Origin: an uncultured Collinsella sp.
GTDB lineage: Bacteria; Actinomycetota; Coriobacteriia; Coriobacteriales; Coriobacteriaceae
Assembly (NCBI GenBank): GCA_958421035.1
Contig: CATZKS010000001.1
Coordinates: 1-41,550, forward strand
DNA length: 41,550 nucleotides
Reading direction: 5' to 3'
Part shown: positions 8,805-19,098 of the stretch, in pieces
How positions within the stretch are numbered: the stretch's first letter is position 1
How the letters are laid out: the number at the start of each line of letters is the position of its first letter
Notes under the pieces: model-generated
What the model was told of the DNA's origin: nothing
Seen by the model: the letters and a program-made list of their open reading frames with translations, nothing else
The model's database searches: none
Program-made: the position numbers and the translations under genes

Positions 8805-9185
8805 CTACTGCATGGTTTCGGGGGCTACCAGGTCGAGCATCTCGTGCAGTTTGTCGCGCGTGACGCCCAGGGTTTCGGCTTGGCTCGCCGCTTTCGCAAG
8901 TAGCTCTTCGATATGGCAGAGCTGGTTTTCGCGCAAGAGTTCCTGGTTGCCCTCGGCGACAAAGCAGCCCTTGCCCTGCACGGTGCAGATAAACCCGAGC
9001 TGCTCCAGGTCGGCGTAGGCGCGCTTGGTGGTGATGACGCTCACACCCAGGTCGCTCGCGAGTGCACGGATGCTGGGGAGTTTGGCTCCCGCAGCGAGCG
9101 TGCCCGAAAGGATCTGAGCTTTGACCTGCGAGGATATCTGCTCGTAGATGGGCTTGTCGCTCGAATTGGATAGGATGATGTCCAC
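8805..9185 (-). CDS. GntR-family regulator, YtrA subfamily
   Basis: PIYEQI, LPSIRALA, TTKRAY, GKGCFV; 126 aa; precedes ABC genes; GTG start with AAGGAG. Confidence 0.92.
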   Translation of the reverse strand: MDIILSNSSDKPIYEQISSQVKAQILSGTLAAGAKLPSIRALASDLGVSVITTKRAYADLEQLGFICTVQGKGCFVAEGNQELLRENQLCHIEELLAKAASQAETLGVTRDKLHEMLDLVAPETMQ

Positions 9186-9212
9186 AGCGGCTCCTTAGCT
9201 GTTGGGCTACAC

Positions 9213-9263
9213 GTGTATATAACCGGTAAGCACAGTATATATACACTATGCACAGTTGTGCAA
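9213..9263 (-). promoter_or_regulatory. GntR/YtrA operator GTGTATATA-N16-TATATACAC overlapping a TTGCAC-N18-TATACT promoter
   Basis: Inverted repeat 9213-9221 / 9238-9246; -35 at 9258-9263 on the minus strand. Confidence 0.65.
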
Positions 9264-9296
9264 GAGACAAATTCGGATTGTCCGCTCGTTCATTCA

Positions 9297-9592
9297 TCTC
9301 AATCTGTAACATCTGGAACCGATTTGGACGGCTACCTGTTACAGATTGAGATTTTGCTGGCGGGCCCCACCTGGTTGTCTCAATCTGTAACAACTGGAGA
9401 AGATTTTGGCTGCTAGATGTTATAGATCGAGACATTGGCCACCCGTCTATCCTTATATCTCAATCTGTAACAGATGGACCCGTTTTGAGTGGCTAGATGT
9501 TACAGATCGAAATCTTTCTGGGACGCCCACCTGTTTGTCTAAATCTGTAACAGGTAGAGGTTCAAAAACCGTCTAGATGTTACAGATCGAGA
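9297..9592. repeat. Regular array of eight alternating-orientation 15-bp motifs (four ~80-bp palindromic units)
   Basis: TCTCAATCTGTAACA-like at 9297, 9378, 9458, 9538; reverse-complement copies at 9337, 9418, 9498, 9578; linkers 25-26 nt. Confidence 0.92.
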
Positions 9593-9738
9593 CAATACTG
9601 CTGCGGAGTGCCGCCATCGACTGCTACCCTAGGCCCTAACTGATGAATTTGTCCTGATAGGCGCCCTAGAGCGGGATTTCGCGGCTACAATAGTGCGGTT
9701 ACAACGACGTAATGCACTCAATGCAAGAAAGGATCCGC

Positions 9739-11352
<1,614 letters not shown>

Positions 11353-11357
11353 CGCAT

Positions 11358-11393
11358 CGGCGCGGTGGCCCTGCGGGGCTGCCGCGCCGTTTA
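11358..11393 (+). terminator. Hairpin after prfC, probable intrinsic terminator
   Basis: CGGCGCGGTGGCCC...GGGCTGCCGCGCCG followed by TTT. Confidence 0.6.
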
Positions 11394-11394
11394 C

Positions 11395-11423
11395 TTGCCT
11401 GATGCCGTATGAGCGGCTATCAT
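11395..11423 (+). promoter_or_regulatory. Sigma70-type promoter for the VUT-SDR operon
   Basis: TTGCCT (11395-11400)-N17-TATCAT (11418-11423). Confidence 0.55.
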
Positions 11424-11429
11424 ACCCAC

Positions 11430-11508
11430 CGTCGTCTCAAGACCGGGGCGTCCGAGCAGTTCGGGTCCGATATCCTGCTCGTTAAACCTAAAACCAAAGG
11501 AGTACATA
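11430..11508 (+). ncRNA. Candidate structured 5' leader / riboswitch-like element
   Basis: Two hairpins with complementary loops (GACC/GGTC), then an A-rich linker and AAAGGAG; upstream of a VUT transporter. Confidence 0.35.
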
Positions 11509-12231
11509 ATGATCAAGAAGGTCATGGAGGACTACAAGGTCCTGCTGCGGAGCATTCCCGCGGCAACGGTTTCGCTGTTTTTCGTGAGCGTCATCATGAT
11601 GAACCTGCTGGCCAACAAAGAGCTTATCAGCCTGCCGTATCTGGCACTCGATTGCGGCTTTGTGGTGAGCTGGGTTTCGTTTTTGTGCCAGGACATGATC
11701 TGCAAGCGCTTTGGCGCCAAGGCATCCATCAAAATCTCTATCCTCGCGCTGCTGGTCAACCTGGCCGTGAGCCTGTGCTTTTGGGCATGCTCGCTCACGC
11801 CCGGTATGTGGGGCGCCTACTACGACACCGGCATGATCGAGGTCAACACCGCCCTTAACGCCACCATCGGCGGCACCTGGTACGTGGTGCTGGGCTCTTC
11901 GCTGGCAATGCTCGTTTCTGCCGTGGTTAACTCCACGCTCAACCAGTCGCTCGGCCGCATGCTCAAAAAGAATAACTTTGCGAGCTTCGCCTTCCGCTCC
12001 TATGTGTCCACGGGTGTTGGCCAGTTTATCGACAACTTGGTCTTTGCCATTGTGGTGAGCCACACGTTCTTTGGTTGGACCTGGGTGCAGGTCCTTATGT
12101 GCTCGCTGACCGGCGCTGTTGCCGAGCTGCTGTGCGAGGTTTTCCTGAGCCCCGTGGGCTACAAGGTCGTGCGCGGCTGGGAGCGCGAGAATGTGGGCTC
12201 CGAGTACCTCGAGCGCCACGCAACCGCCTAA
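11509..12231 (+). CDS. VUT (Vut_1/YhhQ) family vitamin uptake / queuosine-precursor transporter
   Basis: MNLLANK, FLCQDMICKRFG, RSYVSTGVGQFIDNLVF motifs; multi-TM. Confidence 0.85.
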   Translation: MIKKVMEDYKVLLRSIPAATVSLFFVSVIMMNLLANKELISLPYLALDCGFVVSWVSFLCQDMICKRFGAKASIKISILALLVNLAVSLCFWACSLTPGMWGAYYDTGMIEVNTALNATIGGTWYVVLGSSLAMLVSAVVNSTLNQSLGRMLKKNNFASFAFRSYVSTGVGQFIDNLVFAIVVSHTFFGWTWVQVLMCSLTGAVAELLCEVFLSPVGYKVVRGWERENVGSEYLERHATA

Positions 12232-12240
12232 AGAGCAAGT

Positions 12241-12921
12241 ATGCGGGTTTTGATCACGGGTGCTTCGGGCGGTATCGGAGCCGCATGCGTGCAACGATTT
12301 TTGGACGAGGGCCACGAGGTCGTGGGCTTTGATTTGCTACCGGCGGCGATCAAACACGAGCGCTACCGCCATCTGATCGTTGATGTTCGCAAGCCGGACG
12401 CGTTTCCAGACGATCTTGAACCCCAGGTGATCGTGAACGTTGCCGGTACGCAGGATTCGGCTGACGACATCGCCGCCAACCTGTATGGCACCATCAACGT
12501 GACCGAGCGCTACGCCTTTGCGGGGGAGGGGCTTGCCGCCAAGCCGGCGCCGGCTATCAAATCCGTGGTCAATGTGGGGTCGGCGAGCGGGCATACGGGA
12601 TCGGAGTTTCCTGCCTATGCTGCCAGCAAGGGCGGCGTTATCGCCTACACCAAGAACCTTGCAAACCGCCTGGCACCGCAGGCCATTGCCAACAGTGTGG
12701 ACCCGGGCGGCGTTATCACGCCGCTCAACCGTTGCGTGATGGAAGACGAACACCTGTGGAACCAGATTATGGAGCTCACGCCGCTTAAGCGCTGGGCCAC
12801 CGCCCAAGAGATCGCCGAGTGGATCTACTTTGTGGGCGTGACCAACCGGTTTATGACCGGGCAGAGTCTGCTAATCGATGGCGGCGAGGCCGGCCGCACA
12901 CAATTTATTTGGCCCGAATAG
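12241..12921 (+). CDS. Short-chain dehydrogenase/reductase (SDR)
   Basis: TGASGGIG, NVAG, YAASK, TGQSLLIDGG; 9 nt after the VUT gene. Confidence 0.92.
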   Translation: MRVLITGASGGIGAACVQRFLDEGHEVVGFDLLPAAIKHERYRHLIVDVRKPDAFPDDLEPQVIVNVAGTQDSADDIAANLYGTINVTERYAFAGEGLAAKPAPAIKSVVNVGSASGHTGSEFPAYAASKGGVIAYTKNLANRLAPQAIANSVDPGGVITPLNRCVMEDEHLWNQIMELTPLKRWATAQEIAEWIYFVGVTNRFMTGQSLLIDGGEAGRTQFIWPE

Positions 12922-12922
12922 G

Positions 12923-12958
12923 AAATGCGCCCGATGGAAAGCCGTCGGGCGCATTTTT
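12923..12958. terminator. Bidirectional intrinsic terminator between SDR and ung
   Basis: AAATGCGCCCGATGG-AAAG-CCGTCGGGCGCATTTTT. Confidence 0.8.
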
Positions 12959-12971
12959 GATGTATCGATTG

Positions 12972-13697
12972 TTAGCCGAGGCAAGTCCAGTTGACGGGGG
13001 TCGAGTCGTGCTGTTCGAGTAGCCGATTGGCTGCCGAGAAGGGACGCGACCCCATAAAGGCGGGGAGTTCTGCCGTGGCGCGGTTGGCCGAAAGCGGCGA
13101 GGGGTGCGTGGAGGCCAGGCAGAACTTGCCGGTTGCCTCGCCCGCACCAGTTGCGACGAGCTTGCCTTCGACCATCTGCTGAGCAAAGCAGCCCCATGCC
13201 AAAAAGACTACCGGCTGGGGCAGCTGACAGCAGCGTTCGATAACGTAGTCGGTGAGCGTGCTCCAGCCCAGTTTGGCGTGCGAGTTCGCGGCATGCTCGC
13301 GCACGGTGAGCGTAGTGTTGAGGAGCAGGATGCCCTGTTGTGCCCATGGCGTTAGGTCTCCCGTGACGGGAATGGGGCAGCCCAGATCGGCTTTGAGCTC
13401 CTTATAGATGTTGCGCAGGCTCGGCGGCAACTTGGTTTGCGTTGCGGGGACCGAGAACGACAGCCCCATGGCCTGGTTGGGTCCGTGATAGGGGTCTTGA
13501 CCTAAGATGACAACCTTGACCTGGTCGGCCGGCGTGTAGGCTAGGGCATTGAGGATGTCGTCTTGTGCCGGGTAGATGGTCTGTTCGGCACGCAAGAGGG
13601 CGATGCGCTCGAGCAGCTGGTTCGTAGTGTCACGTACCGGCTGCGGCGCATCGCCCAACCAAGTTGCTATGTTGCGGTCGCGGGTCGCGGTGTCCAT
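12972..13697 (-). CDS. ung: Uracil-DNA glycosylase (family 1)
   Basis: ILGQDPYHGP, AMGLSFSV, PPSLRNIYKEL, HPSPLS. Confidence 0.96.
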   Translation of the reverse strand: MDTATRDRNIATWLGDAPQPVRDTTNQLLERIALLRAEQTIYPAQDDILNALAYTPADQVKVVILGQDPYHGPNQAMGLSFSVPATQTKLPPSLRNIYKELKADLGCPIPVTGDLTPWAQQGILLLNTTLTVREHAANSHAKLGWSTLTDYVIERCCQLPQPVVFLAWGCFAQQMVEGKLVATGAGEATGKFCLASTHPSPLSANRATAELPAFMGSRPFSAANRLLEQHDSTPVNWTCLG

Positions 13698-13785
13698 GGG
13701 GCTCCTTTATGGCAGATGCTCTGTTGGCATCTATTGTAAAGGCGCACCGGTTGCCTTTATGCCACGGCTGTATGAAGAGCGGGGT

Positions 13786-14688
13786 CTACGAGACGCGCTC
13801 GGGCGCTCCTGCCATGCGAGCCTGTCCATGTGCGCGGAGGCGCGGAAGCTCGACGGTTGCTACCATGACGCCGGTGAGGATGAGGGCGGCGCCAAAGAAG
13901 GCGATGGGGCTCAGGACCTCGCCGACCAGGAAGAACGAAAAGACGGCGGAGCAGACCGGCTCGAGCGAGAAGGCGAAGCCAGTGGTCTCGGCGGGCACGT
14001 GGGGCTGCACGAGCGTCTGGGTGATAAAGCCGTAGGCAGAGCAGATGAGCGCGAGGGCAACGACGACCACGATCTCGCTGGGCGTACTGGGAAGTGCGAA
14101 ACCGCCAAAGACGCATGCGGCAATGCCCGAGAACAGGCCGCCAAAGCCCAGCTGCCAAACGCCCAGGGACAGCGGATCGACTTCTTCGACAAAGCGCTTG
14201 GCCACGATAATGTGGCTGGCATAGATAAAGGCCGAGAGCAGCATGATGATCGCGCCGGGATTCAGGCTGGTAAAGTCGGCGCCCGAGAGCAGCAGCATGC
14301 CGCAGGTGACGATAGCCGTGCCGATGAGCACCTTGCGCTCGGGGGCGCGGCGCAGCAGGGCGGCGTTGGCAAACGGCACGATCACGACCGTCAGGCTCTG
14401 CAAAAAGCCGGCAGTGGAGGCAGAAGTGAGGCTAGAGCCCAAGCACATGCAGGTGAGCTCGGTTGCCATAATGGCGCCGATGATAGCGGCACGAACCATA
14501 AGGTCGCGGTTGATGCGGAACGCGCGCTTGTGGAAGAGCAGCAGACAGGCCACAAAGGCGATGATGCAGCGCAACGCGACGATGCTCGTGGCGTTCATGC
14601 TGTCCATGCCGATCTTCATGAGGGGATACGAAAAGCCCCATGCGACGGGAACGGAAAATGAGAGCGCGATTGCTTTTTTGCGATCCAT
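13786..14688 (-). CDS. DMT/EamA family transporter
   Basis: About 10 TM segments in two repeats; AWGFSY, LEPV; divergent from a LysR gene. Confidence 0.88.
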   Translation of the reverse strand: MDRKKAIALSFSVPVAWGFSYPLMKIGMDSMNATSIVALRCIIAFVACLLLFHKRAFRINRDLMVRAAIIGAIMATELTCMCLGSSLTSASTAGFLQSLTVVIVPFANAALLRRAPERKVLIGTAIVTCGMLLLSGADFTSLNPGAIIMLLSAFIYASHIIVAKRFVEEVDPLSLGVWQLGFGGLFSGIAACVFGGFALPSTPSEIVVVVALALICSAYGFITQTLVQPHVPAETTGFAFSLEPVCSAVFSFFLVGEVLSPIAFFGAALILTGVMVATVELPRLRAHGQARMAGAPERVS

Positions 14689-14846
14689 GGGACTCCTTTT
14701 GTTACAGAACGGTTTCGCACAAAGGATTCTGCTCTCAGATGTTGATGTAGTAAAGCGAATGTATCTTCAGTATGATTAAGAAACGCTAAAGTAGGCGCGA
14801 AAAGCGCTGGCAAAACGTTTTACGGCTGCATTGATGTGGAGGCACG

Positions 14847-15713
14847 ATGGCATCGCGGTATCAGATTGTTTGTATGGTGGTCGACCGCGGCAGCCTTAAA
14901 GGCGCGGCGGACGAGTTGGGCTATACGCAAAGTGCGGTGAGCCAGGCCGTCAAGGCGCTCGAGCGCGAGCTGGGCACCACGCTTATCGAGCGCGGAAAGC
15001 AGGGCGTTTCGCTTACGCGCGACGGTAAACAATATCTGCCGTACCTGCGCCAGATTGTGACCGCCGAGCTCGAGCTCGAGGGCAAGCGGCAGGAGCTGCT
15101 GGGGCTTTCGTCGACTGATATTCGCATCGCGACGTTTACCAACGTGAGTCGAACCGTGTTGCCGCGCGTGATCCGCGATTTTGGAGCCCTGCACCCGGGC
15201 GTACGCTTTACCCTCAAGCAGGGCGATTACACGCGCAACGCCCAGTGGGTGCACGATGGCGTGGTTGATTTTTGCTTTACGGCACGCGGATTTACCGCTG
15301 GGCTCGAGAAGCGCGTGGTCTATCACGACGAGTTGGTGGCATTGTTGCCGGCCGCGCATCCGCTGACGGCAAAGGAAAAGGTGACACTCGCCGACCTGGC
15401 GTCCGAGCCGTTTGTACTGCTGGATGAGGGCGAACAGAGCCTGGTGCTCGATGCATTTGCGGCGCATGGGCTGTCGCCGCACGTGACGAGCGAGGTGACT
15501 GACGACTACACCATCATGGCGATGGTGGAGGAGGGCCTAGGCGTGAGCATGCTCTACCGTCGTACTGTGGAGGGCATGCGAGCCGATATTCGTGTGCGGC
15601 CCATCGTGCATGCCCCCTCGCGCGACGTGGTGGCCGCCTGGCGCAGCTGGGACACCATGCCTATCGCCACGAGGCGCTTTATCGACTATATGAGCTCGCA
15701 TATTGTCAATTAA
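14847..15713 (+). CDS. LysR-family transcriptional regulator
   Basis: AADELGYTQSAVSQAVKALERELG HTH; MVEEGLGVS. Confidence 0.92.
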   Translation: MASRYQIVCMVVDRGSLKGAADELGYTQSAVSQAVKALERELGTTLIERGKQGVSLTRDGKQYLPYLRQIVTAELELEGKRQELLGLSSTDIRIATFTNVSRTVLPRVIRDFGALHPGVRFTLKQGDYTRNAQWVHDGVVDFCFTARGFTAGLEKRVVYHDELVALLPAAHPLTAKEKVTLADLASEPFVLLDEGEQSLVLDAFAAHGLSPHVTSEVTDDYTIMAMVEEGLGVSMLYRRTVEGMRADIRVRPIVHAPSRDVVAAWRSWDTMPIATRRFIDYMSSHIVN

Positions 15714-15740
15714 TGACTGTCGTGGCGTTGAGTGCGGTGT

Positions 15741-17123
15741 TTAGCGGGCTGTCGCTTTGGCTTGGGTGGCGCGATAGGTGCGTGCCGGGTGGCAAAGTAG
15801 TACCGCCACGACCATAAAGAACGCCGTGGTGCCCAGGCTGATGGGGTAGACCATCATGATGTTCGCAAAGGTGCGGAAGTGCGGGAACACGCAGAACACC
15901 CAGTAGAAGCGGATGCCGCAGACGCAGATCATGGTGATGAGGGCGGGTGTGAGCGAGATGCCAAAGCCGCGCAGGTAGCCTGACATGTTTTCGTAGAACA
16001 TGCTAAAGGCGTACGCCGGGAAGATCGAGCACACGCGGATATAGCCGATCGAGACGATGTTGGGATCGCTGTTGAACAGCGACAAGATCTCGCGCCCCAG
16101 GCCGACAATAACGATGATCGTGGTGAGCGCGACGATACCGCCTTCGACCAGGCAGACCTTGAGCGTTTTGGTGCAGCGGTCGATCTGGCGGGCACCGTGG
16201 TTTTGTCCCACAAAGGTGGTGCACGCCTGGCTAAAGCTGTTGAGCAGGTTGTAGCATACGTACTCCAAGCTCATGGCGGCGCTCGATGCCGCCATGACCT
16301 CGGTGCCCAGGCTGTTGATGGCGGACTGGATGATGATGTTGGCGACGGCAAAGACGGCGCTTTGGATGCCGGCTGGCAGGCCGATCTTGACGATGCGCTT
16401 GAGGGCGACGGGGTCGATGGCCAGGTCGCGTGGGGTGACGCGGACGACGGAGTCGGTCTTGAGCAGGCGGATAAAGAGTGTGGCGGCGCTGACGGTGTAG
16501 GCGATGGCGGTGGCGATGGCGACGCCCGCGACACCCCAGTGGAGTACGGGGACAAAGATGAGGTCCAGGCCAATGTTGAGGACGGTGGACACGGCAAGCG
16601 CCTGCAGCGGCATGCGGGTGATGCCGACGGAGCGGAAGATCGCAGCCTCAAAGTTGTAGAGCAAGATCGAGGGCATGCTCAGCAAAAAGACGCGCAGGTA
16701 GAGCGAAGCGAGCGGCATGGTTTCGGCGGGAACGTTGAGGGCGGCGAGCATGGGCTCGGCAAAGATCTCGCCCAGCGCGATGACGACAAAGCCCACGAGC
16801 GCCATTAAAATCGAGGTATGGACGGCGCGTTTGACCATGTTCTGATCGTTGCGGCCGATAGCGTTGGCGATGACCACGTTGGAGCCAAGCGACATGCCAA
16901 TAAACAGGTTGAGCATAAGACTGGTAAGCGGAACATTGGAGCCGACCGCCGCCATGGCGAGGGTTCCCTGGTCGCCCGAGAAGTTACCGATAATGACCGT
17001 GGCGATGAGGTTCGACAGCTGCTCCAAGATGCTCGTGGCGGCCACGGGGAAGGCGAACAGGGGAATATTGCGCCACAGCGAGCCGGTGGTCATGTCAATG
17101 TGCTTAGATACGGTATCAGCCAT
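15741..17123 (-). CDS. MATE family efflux transporter
   Basis: DMTTGSL start, about 12 TM, NIGLDLIF, GVAGVAIAT, FVGQNHGA. Confidence 0.92.
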   Translation of the reverse strand: MADTVSKHIDMTTGSLWRNIPLFAFPVAATSILEQLSNLIATVIIGNFSGDQGTLAMAAVGSNVPLTSLMLNLFIGMSLGSNVVIANAIGRNDQNMVKRAVHTSILMALVGFVVIALGEIFAEPMLAALNVPAETMPLASLYLRVFLLSMPSILLYNFEAAIFRSVGITRMPLQALAVSTVLNIGLDLIFVPVLHWGVAGVAIATAIAYTVSAATLFIRLLKTDSVVRVTPRDLAIDPVALKRIVKIGLPAGIQSAVFAVANIIIQSAINSLGTEVMAASSAAMSLEYVCYNLLNSFSQACTTFVGQNHGARQIDRCTKTLKVCLVEGGIVALTTIIVIVGLGREILSLFNSDPNIVSIGYIRVCSIFPAYAFSMFYENMSGYLRGFGISLTPALITMICVCGIRFYWVFCVFPHFRTFANIMMVYPISLGTTAFFMVVAVLLCHPARTYRATQAKATAR

Positions 17124-17185
17124 ACGCTCTCAATCTCTAACATGCTATATCGTGCTTATTTGCGCAGACGATGATACTCCTAATC

Positions 17186-17245
17186 GACTAGTCGTTGGGG
17201 GCGTTCTTAAACGACTAGTCATTCAAGAACGTCCCCAATGACTAG
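17186..17245. repeat. Two inverted copies of the ACTAGT-bounded repeat sharing a central ACTAGT
   Basis: 17214-17244 matches 383-413; reverse complement of 17186-17219 is ACTAGTCGTTTAAGAACGCCCCCAACGACTAGTC. Confidence 0.8.
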
Positions 17246-17301
17246 GTGGGGAAGGCGTGCGACAATAGTGGGCGTTGTGTTGTTCGCGCTAAGGAGTAGC
17301 C

Positions 17302-18117
17302 ATGTTGTTGTGTCCCGTTTGCCATGAGCCGTTGGTGGATGACGAGCGCGGTGCTGCATGTGCGGGCGGACACCGGTTTGACCGTGCTCGCGAGGGCTAT
17401 CTGTATCTGCTGCGTTCGTCCAAGAGCGGCGACTCAATGGGCGATCCCAAGTCTCAGGCGCGCAGCCGTCGTGACTTTCTGAACCGTGGTTACTATGCGC
17501 CGTTGCGCGATGCGATGGTTGAGTTGGTGCGCGAGCGGGTGTCTGGGCGTGCCGCGTCTACGAACGACCCCATGACGCTGCTCGATATTTGCTGTGGCGA
17601 GGGCTACTACACCAGTGCCATGGGCGCGGTGCCGGGCGTGGATGCTTACGGTTTCGACCTGGGCAAAGAGATGGTGCGCCTTGCCGCCAAGCGCGGCGAT
17701 GCGACCTACTTCGTGGCCAACATGAAGGATATCCCCGTGGCTGATGGCGCCTTCGATATGGTGACCGAGCTCTTTGCTCCCTTTAACGAGCGTGAGTTTG
17801 TCCGCGTGCTGGCACCCGAAGGTTCGCTCTACACCGTGGTGCCAGGTGCCCGTCATCTGTTTGGGCTCAAGGAGGTACTCTACGACACGCCATATCTCAA
17901 TGACGAGAAACTGCCGAAGACTACTGAACTCGAGTTAGTCGGAACGCAGCGGGTATCTGCGAATATTACGCTTCAGACCCAAGCCGACATCGAGGCGGTG
18001 TTCCAGATGACGCCGTACTATTACCGCACACGACCTGCCGATAAAGAGCGCCTGGCAAACTTGGACACCCTTCAAACCGACATCGACTTCATCATCGCCG
18101 AGTACCGCCACAGCTAA
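17302..18117 (+). CDS. RlmA-like 23S rRNA m1G methyltransferase with N-terminal zinc finger
   Basis: CPVC...C..GHRFDRAREGY, SRRDFLNRGYY, LDICCGEGYY, MTPYY. Confidence 0.85.
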   Translation: MLLCPVCHEPLVDDERGAACAGGHRFDRAREGYLYLLRSSKSGDSMGDPKSQARSRRDFLNRGYYAPLRDAMVELVRERVSGRAASTNDPMTLLDICCGEGYYTSAMGAVPGVDAYGFDLGKEMVRLAAKRGDATYFVANMKDIPVADGAFDMVTELFAPFNEREFVRVLAPEGSLYTVVPGARHLFGLKEVLYDTPYLNDEKLPKTTELELVGTQRVSANITLQTQADIEAVFQMTPYYYRTRPADKERLANLDTLQTDIDFIIAEYRHS

Positions 18118-18118
18118 C

Positions 18119-18164
18119 AACCTGCCAAAAAGGGACAGGTTTATTTTGGCAGGTTTTATCTGGG
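18119..18164. repeat. REP-like palindrome, GGGACAGG family, copy 1
   Basis: AACCTGCCAAAA-AGGGACAGGTTTA-TTTTGGCAGGTT; 18120-18164 is 44/45 identical to the reverse complement of 37482-37526. Confidence 0.85.
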
Positions 18165-18171
18165 TAAACGT

Positions 18172-18209
18172 AAAGGGCCGACCGCGTTGCTACGCGATCG
18201 GCCCTTTTT
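18172..18209. terminator. Bidirectional intrinsic terminator
   Basis: AAAGGGCCGA...TCGGCCCTTTTT between convergent genes. Confidence 0.75.
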
Positions 18210-18255
18210 ATTGGCGTATATACCAGAGTCGCTGAGCGATTGACACGGATGCGGC

Positions 18256-18660
18256 TTAGCTCAAACGGTCCATGCCCTCTTTCTTGACGCGGTTGGCGAG
18301 TACAAAGTAGATAATGCTGACAATCAAGCCGGTAAAATCGGGGATGCTTGAGCCAGTCCCACCCAAGAGGGGCAGGGAGAGGAGCAGACTGATGACCGAA
18401 CATGCTAGGCAGACGATGGACCAGATCCAGACAACGCCAGCCTTGGCGGGATTATTTGCCGCGCGGATACCAAAGACAGCGGTCACAATTTCGACGACGC
18501 CCAATACGATGACGACGACGCAAGAGGCGATCATGGCACCCGTGATATCGCCTGCCGCGCTGCCCGCAAAGAGCGCTGTAGCACCCATGCCTGCACTTAG
18601 AATGCCGACGACAAAGAAGAAGAACGATAGGATTTTGAGTAATTTGCAGGCGTTGCTCAT
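18256..18660 (-). CDS. Hypothetical small membrane protein (about 4 TM)
   Basis: Start MSNACK at 18660 after GAAAGGA; four hydrophobic segments. Confidence 0.75.
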   Translation of the reverse strand: MSNACKLLKILSFFFFVVGILSAGMGATALFAGSAAGDITGAMIASCVVVIVLGVVEIVTAVFGIRAANNPAKAGVVWIWSIVCLACSVISLLLSLPLLGGTGSSIPDFTGLIVSIIYFVLANRVKKEGMDRLS

Positions 18661-19098
18661 GGCTGGTCCTTTCGATACGGGTACGGCCGGTCTGGTGCAC
18701 CCCATGTGCCGCACATATGGTGAAGCACATTGTAGTTCAACGCGGCGATGCATGCCCCTGAAAGCGCTTTGAGCCCGCGCAGCCCCCAACCTTTCAAAAG
18801 GGAAAGCTGGGCGTAAGCCAAATCGATGGCAGCTCATGTGCGGCGCTGAGATGATGAGGCCGTAACAAGGAGCTGGACCGAAGGAGGAGCCATGATGTAC
18901 GGAGCAGGGCAGGTGCGTGAGCCGCGGTCGTTGGGAAGGCGCATGGGTGATTCTGTGATCGCTGCCGTGTGCACGGGATTGATGGCGGTGCTTTGCATTG
19001 GGATGCTGTGGACTATGTCGCATGTGGGACAATAGCGGACGGTGGGGTGCCGACACAAACGGCGCTCACGTATTCGTTTTGCTTGCTAAGGAGTACCC

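Noticed and set aside
7900..9435. 511-aa ORF suggesting an N-terminally extended or GntR-fused ABC ATPase
   Set aside because: The extension runs out of frame over gntR and into the repeat array; a good RBS and start exist at 8781
9297..9592. CRISPR array call for the regular repeat array
   Set aside because: Repeats alternate in orientation and are only 15-20 bp, linkers resemble each other, and there are no cas genes in the window
11430..11508. Canonical preQ1 class I/II/III riboswitch
   Set aside because: I could not match the consensus by eye; kept only as a candidate novel leader
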